Below are positions 36,771 to 46,400 of a stretch of DNA of 64,000 nt, piece by piece. The DNA lies in IMG/VR virus record IMGVR_UViG_3300019776_000521, positions 1 through 64,000 of that record. The stretch is one strand, 5' to 3'. A model generated the notes under the pieces. It did not search any database and was not told where the DNA came from. It saw only the letters and a program-made list of their open reading frames with translations. Source of the stretch: a virus. A program made the position numbers and the translations under genes. The stretch's first letter is position 1. The number at the start of each line of letters is the position of its first letter.

Positions 36771-37076
36771 ATGGCTAACAAGATTGATGATCTTCAAAAG
36801 CAGATCGACGCCCTGCAAAGGGAAAAAGATGCGCTACTGTCCAAGGAGAGATCCTTGGCCATTGAGGACATCAATTCCAAAATCAAGACTTTCGGCATCA
36901 AAGCCAGGGATCTGGAATTTGGAGAAGGGGCGAAAGCCTCCGCCATTGGCAAGCCCAAGGTAGCCATGAAGTACCGATCAGGTGCCAACTCCTGGTCCGG
37001 TCGTGGACGCAAACCCAAATGGGTTGAAGACCACCTTACGAAGGGTGGAAAACTTGAGGACATTCTCATCAAGTGA
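36771..37076 (+). CDS. H-NS family DNA-binding protein
   Basis: N-terminal coiled coil; KYR....SWSGRGRKPKW; AGGAG before ATG 36771. Confidence 0.85.
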   Translation: MANKIDDLQKQIDALQREKDALLSKERSLAIEDINSKIKTFGIKARDLEFGEGAKASAIGKPKVAMKYRSGANSWSGRGRKPKWVEDHLTKGGKLEDILIK

Positions 37077-37105
37077 TGGAAACCAGTGGCTTGCTTGGTT
37101 AGAAT
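37077..37105 (+). promoter_or_regulatory. candidate sigma70 promoter
   Basis: TGGAAA-17 bp-TAGAAT. Confidence 0.4.
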
Positions 37106-37109
37106 GCAA

Positions 37110-37450
37110 GCCCGACTCATCCCCGTAAGGGATGGCCATCAAGCAAGCCACTGAGCCTGGTAGTCGCGCTCCGGGTCGTTTCAGATGACAACAGCCGCAA
37201 GGCTAATTGGCAGTGGCTTACTTGATGGTGATTCGTAGCACAGCCGATCCTGTGTGTAAGCCCTTGTCGTAACCACATGCCAATGTGGGGGCTACGATTG
37301 GCCACCATCACCCAGCAGCGGTAATACACGATTTACCAGTGTGAGCCGAGTCTTTTAGTAGATAGGCAAGCAACAGCACAAGAAAATTCGTGTGACATCC
37401 CGGAGAGAGACGGGAAGAAACCCCCCAGGTAACACTGGGGGGTTTTTCTT
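37110..37450 (+). ncRNA. putative structured ncRNA of unknown family
   Basis: No credible ORF; many helices including AGCC-GCAA-GGCT; bounded by candidate promoter and terminator. Confidence 0.55.
37415..37450. terminator. bidirectional terminator between middle and late modules
   Basis: AAGAAACCCCCCAG...CTGGGGGGTTTTTCTT. Confidence 0.85.
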
Positions 37451-40400
37451 TTACTTCACAATTGCCATCGCAGTGTGCACCGTAGCCAAGTTGTCCAGTG
37501 CACCAAAGTACTGGAAAGCTCCAGAGTGCAATGGATTGTTTCCAATGTGCTGCGTAAACGAACTATCCAGAACGATGGGTCCGAGTTCCATGTAATGATT
37601 CAGTGCAATGGCTGACAGTACACGGGCCGGGTTCTCCCTGGCCAGCTTCAGCAGCACCCGTTGAATGCGTAGGAAGTACTTGGTAAATGGCGTCAGGCCC
37701 ATGTCGTCCGTGTACTGCAAACCACGGTGCATCGGGATGTCGTAGTTCACAAAGGCATCCGACGCTTCCTGAATTGCAGCTTCACGGCTCAACGGGTTCG
37801 TGCCCCTGCTCACCAGGTGCTGGTACAGCGTGTACCGAGCCACGAAGTCCGACAGCTGTGTAATGCGGCTCAGAGTCTGGTACATGTTGGTGTCATGCGT
37901 CATGTACACCGCCCTGCCTGCAGCACGAATCTTGGGGTTCAGCCTGCTGGTGAACTTCTCCGTCTTTCTCACAAACTCACTCTTGTACGAGTAGATGTTT
38001 TCCTCAGCAGCAAGATCTTCCACGATCGTAGGCATCAGCCCTGCTTCAATCAGTTCCTTGACCGGATTCCTAGCAATCGCGTCTTTCAAGCGAACGATTT
38101 CATCCTTAATTTCCTTTTCCTTACCCAGTCCGTAATCGACCTCCAGCATCGTCTGCAGATCCGCCAAACGCTGGCTATCTCTCTGGTATGCCGTAGCACC
38201 TTTCAACGCCACCAGGTGATGCTGCAATACGTCCTTCAACGACACGCCTGACATGGCAAGCAGCGACAAGTTCGACCAGATGTTCCCAAGCATCACAAAG
38301 CCAGTCTTGACCACAATGATGTCTTTGGTCTCGGCTACCAATTCCTGCCATGCACGTTCGCCCCTGGTGATCACTACGGCTGCTCTCTTGGCGTAATCCT
38401 CTGCGTCAGCTGCAGACAAGCCATGCCGCATGCCTGCGTAGTTTGCAAGCACTGTCTGCACCACATACACAAACAAGCCTTCCAGCTTGTTTCGTGCATC
38501 AGGATCCTTCTGGAACATCGACGCCAAAGTCAGCTTGCGATACCCAAACATGATGTCCAGTGAATCGCTGCGCACCTTCATGCCGTCCCTACCCCACACT
38601 GCCCTGATGTCTTTCTTCGTAGCATCAGGCAGTAAATCCCAGATCGCACGCATCTCAGGATCAGTGCTCCGATCGCCAACTTCAACGTAAGAATCCTTGC
38701 GGGTTGCGTACTCCAGTTCGTACTGTTCACGCAATACAGTGACTGCTTTTTTGTTCTGTTCCCGACTGGTCTCCTTGTCGTAGATCGAACCAGCAATCAC
38801 ACCGATCAGATTCTCAAACCTGTTGTCCCGCTCAAGCAGGTTGTCCTTGGTGGACTCAGCCATCATGTAGCGCCAGTTCACGATCGCACCTGTCTCGTTG
38901 TAGACAGGAATCATGTGGTTTTCTCTTTCAGCTGACAGATCCCTACGCGGATCACCCATACCTTGCATAGCAGCCAGCTTTTCGTTGGTGATGGTCGCTT
39001 GCATGCTTGCATTCTCAAGCCCGTTCAGCGTGTTCACGTTTACGTAGCCGCTGTGCTTTTTGCTGCCCCTAGACTTCATGCTGGACAAGGAAAACGCACC
39101 CGAAAGCCAAGGAGACAAGCCACCGTCCCTGAGCACGTAGATTCGCTTAGTTTCGGTATCCGGGTCAGCACGATCGTTAGACACCAGTGCGCCTGCCGAG
39201 TAGCCCTGGTTCACAAGCTCCTTGCCTTCTGCCTCGGTAGCAATCTTGATCGCTGTATGCGGGTTTAGGATCTCCGGCGTGTAGCCATGGATCATCAGCG
39301 CAGGATTGCCTTTGAACAACCGTTGTAGCGACTCCTCTTCCAGCTGCTTGTGCAGCTTCAACAGGAACTCAACACCGTTGCCATTGTTATCAGTTCGACT
39401 GTTTTCAGTCCTGAAAACTTCTTTGGCTTGGCTCAAGTGGTCACCTGCTGTGTACTTCAAGGCGTACAAAGAGATCAATGCTGCAATCACAGGCTCTGCC
39501 TGTTTTGCTTCAGCCTCAGAGATCTGCCGCTGGTACTGAGTGTTGGCCATCCTGGAGATCAAGTGTGCATTGAGCATCAGCACAGGAATTCTGGCTCGTC
39601 CAGTTGCTTTGAAGTAACCCAAACCATTGATCTGTTCGATGTACTTGTCTTTGTATTTAGAGGTCAGCTGAGACTCAAAGTTTTCAATGGCTTTGTCTAC
39701 TGCCTTGTAATCCCCAACCAGCTTCTCCAAATCAGCAACGCTGTAGTGATTCAGCAAGTTGTGCAAACCAGTTCTTAGAAACACAGCAGACACTGCAGCT
39801 TTGGCTTCCTTGCTCATTGCTTTGCCATTCTGAAACACGCTCAGCACAAGCTTCGAGTGCTGCGTGATGATGTTCTTGCGCTCACCTTCATGGCGCTTGG
39901 TTTCACGCAGCAGAGCATTGAACTTGTCCAACGGTCCCTTCAGTTCATTGAGCAAACTTGCTGCAATGCCTTGCCTGCCTTTGAACTGCTGATCACGAAG
40001 AATTTTCAATCCGTCAATCACTTGCTCCACCCGATCATTGGCAATGGTTCGAGCTATGCCCCCTGCTGCTTGAACAAACGCATTGCCGTTGTTACGAACA
40101 AATGACGAACCAGCAAGGTCACCTGCTTTTTCCCGGATGCCATCTGCCAGCGCTTTGACGCCTCTTTCAACTGGTTCAAGAATGCTGCGCTCTGTTGCAC
40201 GCTTCTTGATGAGCACTCGCTTTTTGGCTTCGATGTCCACCAGCTGGCCAACCAACGCTTCCAGCTTGGCGTCAGCGTTCTGACCAGCGTAGGTGTGCGT
40301 GAACTTCTCATTGAAGAAATTCAAAATGCGCTCAAAGATGCTTTCGAGCTTCTCGGTGAACGTCATGTCCTGGGCTGCTTTGCGTGAAGCAACCTTGGTT

Positions 40401-43400
40401 GCTCTTTTCAACAGCGTATTGAACTTTTCGCTGGCCAGGCCCAGGGCTGCAAATCGAGCCAGGTAATCCGAGCGATCGCCGTTGTTGCTCTCCAGCTTGA
40501 ACACAAAGTCGTAGTCTTCCTGGGACGCAAAATCCGATGGCTTGAGCGTATTGCGCATTTCAAGGTACAGATCAGCCAGCTGCTTGTAGGCAATCTTGGT
40601 TTGGGACTCGTTGCCGTTCAACGCTGCCCGCACGGTGGCTTCCACCTGCTGCATGGCAAAGTCTTCCTGTGCACTACCTGCAAACCCAGACGCCACAATC
40701 GATGATGCAAAGGGAGCGTTGCCTGTTTCCATGGCTTTGAGCCATACCGCCAAGGGATTGCCTGCCTCGGTCTTGCGCATCTGCTCTGCAAACGCACCAA
40801 ACGGGCCGTGGAGCTTCTCTACGATGCCACCCAGTAGGTTGGCCAGGTGCTCCTGGAACGAAGGCTCTACGGAGCCATTGGCCAAGGCGTTGTGGATGTC
40901 CAGGGTCGTGTACTTGTCGATCTGCTCGACGGTCTCCTGAGCAAGGTTCAGGTCGGCGTTGCTTGTCTTCTTTGCTTGAGCCGCTTCCGCAAACAATCCC
41001 GACACATTTGCAACCAGCACAGCCATGCCGTTGTTGAGATTCTCGTCAGGCTTTTTGAACAGCAGTTGCGTCAGCGTAGCGATGAACTTCTTCATGCCGG
41101 TGATCAGCGAGGTGCTGCCGGTCTTGGACTCCATGGTGATCTTGCTCAGCACATCACGCTGCAGGCCCAGGTTGGTCATGCCCCAAGCCACGAACTCTTG
41201 AACGTTGGCCAAAGCTGCCGTGTAGTCGTTCAGTCCGTTTTGCTTTGCATACTCTTGAGCCTTGACCCGCAGAGCTTCAAGCTCAGCCACCAGTGCTGCT
41301 GCTTCGCCGGTTGGCTTGTCGATCACCCGTGCAATCGCTGCGTGCACCAGTTCATGCAGCAATGTTTCGGCTGTCAAACCAGAGTTCTGAAACTCTGGAC
41401 TGAGTACGTAGATTTCCTCCTGGCCATTCTTGACGACGTACCACCCACGGGAATTGGTTGTGGGCTTTTCCAGAACCATGCTTTCCGCTGTCTCGGATGT
41501 CACAAACTTGATCTTCAAGTCAGGGCTAACCACCCGACTGACCAAAGCCAGGATCTTGCGATTGATTGCATTCATCCGTCCAGGTGCACCAAGCAGTGCA
41601 ATCACTTGGGACGCCGAGGCATTCGGATTGGCTTTGAAAAACCTGACCAGATCGCCATCACTTTCAATCTTTGGCGTACCGATTGGTCCAAACAGACTAT
41701 CGGCAGTAGCAACAGGCTTCTCGGTTGCAGGAGCAGGCTTTTCGGAAACACTCATGCCCAGGGCTTCAGAGATGATCACAAGAGCTTCTTGTTCCTTGGC
41801 AGAAAGCCCCTCTTTCAACGCAGACTGCATTGCTGCAGCATCACTACGATCGGCTTCGGTGACTTCGTAATTGCCACCTTCGAGTGCGTACTGATCAACC
41901 GAACCCATCTGGCTCAATGCTTCAAGACGCACACTGTCTGCGCTGAAAGCCGTGCTTGTTGCGTTTTGCAGCATGTCGCTCAGCACCGTGTCAGGGCTCA
42001 TCTCGTTCTCACCTGCAAACTTGTTCAACGCTTGCGTGAGATTCTCGACAACCTGAACAGGAAGATCCTTCTGAGCCAACAGCTCAGACAAGCCAACAAC
42101 CGTGCGAGACAACATGTTCGCCATCTCCGTTGCCGGAGAGTAGTTCAGCAGTGCACTCCAAGTAGCTTGATTCAGGTTCTGTGCTGTCTGACTAAATCCG
42201 CCCAAACCAGATCCATGAGCATCATGGATGTTTAGCACTTCATTGCCATCTGCAGCGTTGTGTGAGATTGCAGAGTCCAGCGAATGCGTGGACATCACGA
42301 CCATTGCTACGCCAGGATTGCTTTCGATCGTTTCAAACGCAGTAGCTTCGACCGATGATTGCTCAACGTAGCCGCCTTTCTTCTTGCTCCAAACCTTGGT
42401 TCCTTTGATTGCAGAACCAAACTTGACATTGCTTTTGAACGTGCTGCGAGTGCTGAGCTTGCGGCTTGATTTCGATGCAAACAGGCCAGCACGCAAGGAA
42501 CCACTTTCCTTGGACATGAGCGTGTGCATCACAGGAGCAAGCTTGCTCACTCGTTTCTTGAGTTCTTCCTGCTGCTTGAGTGTCAGATCGTGAATCGGAC
42601 GGTTCTTGCTATCTACTGCAATTTCACCAGACGCCACCAACTCAGCCAGGTACGCATCACGCAAGCCCATGTACGCTGCGTTGTACAGCTCGAATGAGAA
42701 CTGAGCACTCTTGTTCAGTGCATCGCGTTTGCTGATGAAATTGCCAAAGTCAGCGGACATTGTTTCCGACACTGCTTTGCCCAGCGTGTTCTTGAAGCTG
42801 TTCTTTAATGCCTTGATCTGATCTGAATCAAACTCGTAAGCAAGCAGCTTTTCCACAGACATCAATGAAAGCTTGGCGCCATCACCACCCCTCAGCAATA
42901 CATTGATGTTGTTGATAGTGGCTCGAATATCTGCTTTGCCTGCAGCCACATCTTCCATGCTGGAGTAGATGGATTCAATAAAGCCATCGGCCATGCTGTC
43001 TACAGCCGAACCAACAGAGGAGCCAAAGATCATCGCCGTCAAAGGCGTCTTGATGATGTTTCGACGCTTCTTGAGAATCTCAGGTGTCTCAAGAGTCAGA
43101 TTCCCGGTAAACGCATACACAGCGTTCAAAGTTGCACCAATCTTGCTGTCTTTCAGCAGCATCTTCTGCACGGCATTCGTCATGTGCAATGCAGTGATCT
43201 CGTATAAATCTTTGGCACCAGGCTTACCACGCCAAACGTTGTAGTTGGTGTTGGGATTGCTTTTCTCGAAGAACCCACCACGATTGAGCAAGCCAAACAA
43301 ATCCTTCACAGACTTTGCTGCACCAAGCAGGATATGGCTCAGCATGGGGCCATTGGTTACCCCGTCTACCTCGCCCATCATCTGAACGGAAAAGCTGTTC

Positions 43401-46400
43401 TTGCCATCAAGCTGCGCTTGTGCTTCCGTAGCCAAAGCCATCAGTGCATCCAGCGAATGAAAATTCATTCCGCCTTTCTTGACTCCAGCAAGCAGGACTT
43501 TTCCTTCTTCTGAAGTGATGCCACCTTCAAACACTGTCTTGCGCAACACTGCTACAGCGGCTTTGATCTCCGGCTGATTGACGTAGGATTCATAAGCAGC
43601 CAACGAAGTCTTGTTGGCTTGCTTGTCTGTCTTGACTCCCAGACCTTCAAGAACCCTGAGCCGAAAGTTGTCCATCTGATCGGCATTGCCCATATCGACC
43701 ATCGTGGTCCATGCGTTGCGAAATAGCATGAAGCGATGGATCTTGCTGGTCTGCGGATTGATGACGTTGGTGGCAATACCAACTCGTTGCTGCTTCCACA
43801 CCGAATGCTCAAAATACATTGGAGCTTCGATGTCAGCCATGCTTTTGACAAACTCCATGAACCTATCCAGTTCACGAAGCAGCCCATCGTTCTTTGCCTG
43901 CAAACCTGGCTTGTTGACTGCATGAGTTTTGGTGTCGGAAATCTCAACGACACCTGCAATGCCTTGAAGCACATCGTCACCAAGCTGCGTGATCAGCTGC
44001 CACATGTCTTGCCGCACATAGTTGGCTTCTGCATTCTTGGCAGCAACAATCTTTGCAAGCTTCTCCGGTACGTTCTGGTTGGTGTTGCGTGTCTTTTTCT
44101 GCACAAACGGAACTGGCTCAAGGCTGGGTTCCTTCAAACCAGACTCTACTGAAAACAGCTTGTCGAGCACTCCTTGCGAACCAATGGATGCCTTGACGAT
44201 CCGCTCTGCATCAGCAGGCAAAGTGCTCTGCGCATTCCTGGCAAGTTTGACGAAATGAAATTCTGCGTTCGTGTTCGTGCTTTCCTTGTTCGTCAACGCA
44301 GCCATGGTCTCACCTGAGACTGTTGACCTTTCAAGCAGTCCTAGATCCATCATCAACTTCCATGCATGTGCACCCAGGGAAGCTTCCAGGTCAGGCATCA
44401 GATTGACTGGGGCATCCTTCGACACTTTGAAACCAAGCGCCTGTACAACTGCTTGGCCAAGCGAGTTGCGCACCAGGTTTTCCCTTACGCCTACGTTGCC
44501 GAGCACCATGCGTTCAGCTTGCGAGACGCTGACAGTTTCATCCCGATCGAGAATCGCGTTGATGTCTTCGTCAGTGTTGTACAGATTCTTGGATGCAGCT
44601 TCTGCAACCCAGCTGAACACTGCATAGCTGATTGCAGTCTTCACATTCTGATCAACATCTAGCTTTCCATCGTTCTCTTGGATCAGGTACTGCATCATGT
44701 CTTCGTACCGGAACTCTTTGGTACGAGCACTCAGATTCTTTTGAATCAACCCTTGCCATTGCTGGTTCAGTTCTTGAAACAGCTGCAGCACTTCTTGCTG
44801 CTTGCCGCTGAGAGACTTGATGCCAAGGAAATCCAGAACATTCTGAGCACCCTGGCTCAGGAAGTTTTTCACCTTCACTAAAGGCCGCTCAGTCAGATCG
44901 CCTTCACGACTGGCTTGCTGAGTGAAGAAGTCTGCAATGAGGTTACGAAGAGGAAACGATGTCCCCTCCGTGGACTTTTCCTGAAGCGTCGTAACAGCAC
45001 CAGGCTGCGTAGACAGTGCACTTGCGACCTCTTCAGAAACTGGAACAACCTCTGAAGGGGTCGTGCTAGTCTGCTCAGTAGACTGCAGTTGACCTTGATT
45101 TGTCTCAGGAGACGCAACAGTTGTCCTAGTAGAGCCGGAGGCTCCTACAGACGCAGCAGGCTCACCCGAAACACTTTCTACGGTTTGTCCAGCGGCGGAT
45201 TCAGTTGCTGCGGTTGCTGGTACTGAGGGGTTGACGGCTCCTCCTTCAACTCCTCCGGTCGGCTGACTCGTACCTGCTTCAGTCGAGGGCGCAGTTTCTG
45301 TGCGATTCGGACTGGCTTGTAATCCTTCGAGTGTTTGCGATACGTTCGAGACATTACTGACTCCATTGGAAATAGGTTGGGCAAACTTCAGCCCGTAGGC
45401 TGCTCGAAGCTCTGTTGCCGCCTTGGTCAGTGCATCCGATTCAATCTGAATGTTATCAACAATTTTGGTGCTGTTCCTGACAATATCCAGGCCACCATTT
45501 TGCTGACGTTCTTTTTGACTGGGCCATTTCCCAGTTTCAATCGACCAGCTTCCATTGCCATCACTAACAATGCGCCGCTCCTGCCCGTCTTTCTCAAACA
45601 GGGCTTTTGCTTCAGCAGCCACTTGTGCTTTCTGCTGATGGTCGCTGACAAAGTTGTCCAGCAGCTGCAACTGCGCAGTAGCGGCTTTTGAGTTGTTTGC
45701 TGCCAGTGCAGTCGTGACATTGGCTCGGTATTGCTGAATACCGATGTTCCCTTTGCCGCCATAGAAAACCTCCTTCGAGACCTTATCCATGGTCTTGAGT
45801 TGGTTCTCTGCTTGCCGTGCTTGCGTGAATGCCCGCAGGTAGCCCCGCTGCGGGTCCGTCAGGCCGTTTGTCGTGTCATTGGCAAGCGACGCAGCCAGGT
45901 TGGTATCCAGGCGCTCTGGCGTGGCCATAGACAGGTTGATGATGCTGTCCGCTGCAGCCTGTGAAGCTACCGGATCAGCAGCAGTGATCTTTGCAGCCTC
46001 AGCTTCTACATCCAGCTCCTTGGATTGGTTTTCCTGATTGAAGTTATTCAGCACCTCCTGAGCTGATGCAATCTGCTCATCAAGCCGAGAGATCTGCTTT
46101 TGCAACCTTGGACCAGCGTCTGTCTCCTTGGCCAGGGTTGCAAGTTCAGCTTCCAGAGCATCGACGGTAGGCTGATCTCCAGCTTCTCTGGCTTGAACCA
46201 GTTGAGCCATGTAGCCAGCCACAGCTTCAGGCGAGATAGAAGCGTAGTTTTCTTCTGCTTTTTGTTTCTGCTCAAGCAGATCAGACACGATGCCCGATGC
46301 CTGCTCAAACTTTGCTTGTTTCAGTTCGGGCGTAGCGGTCGGCAATTGGCTGTGGCCATACAAAGCCGATACAGCCTGATCTGGGGCGTAGGACGGGCTT

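Noticed and set aside
37117-37329. 70-aa minus-strand ORF in the structured gap
   Set aside because: No RBS, and it lies beyond the vRNAP terminator; structure is better explained as plus-strand RNA.
40847-42235. 462-aa plus-strand ORF, and similar ones at 56077-57231 and 26712-27620
   Set aside because: Antisense to vRNAP, gp57 and nrdJ respectively; no independent support.
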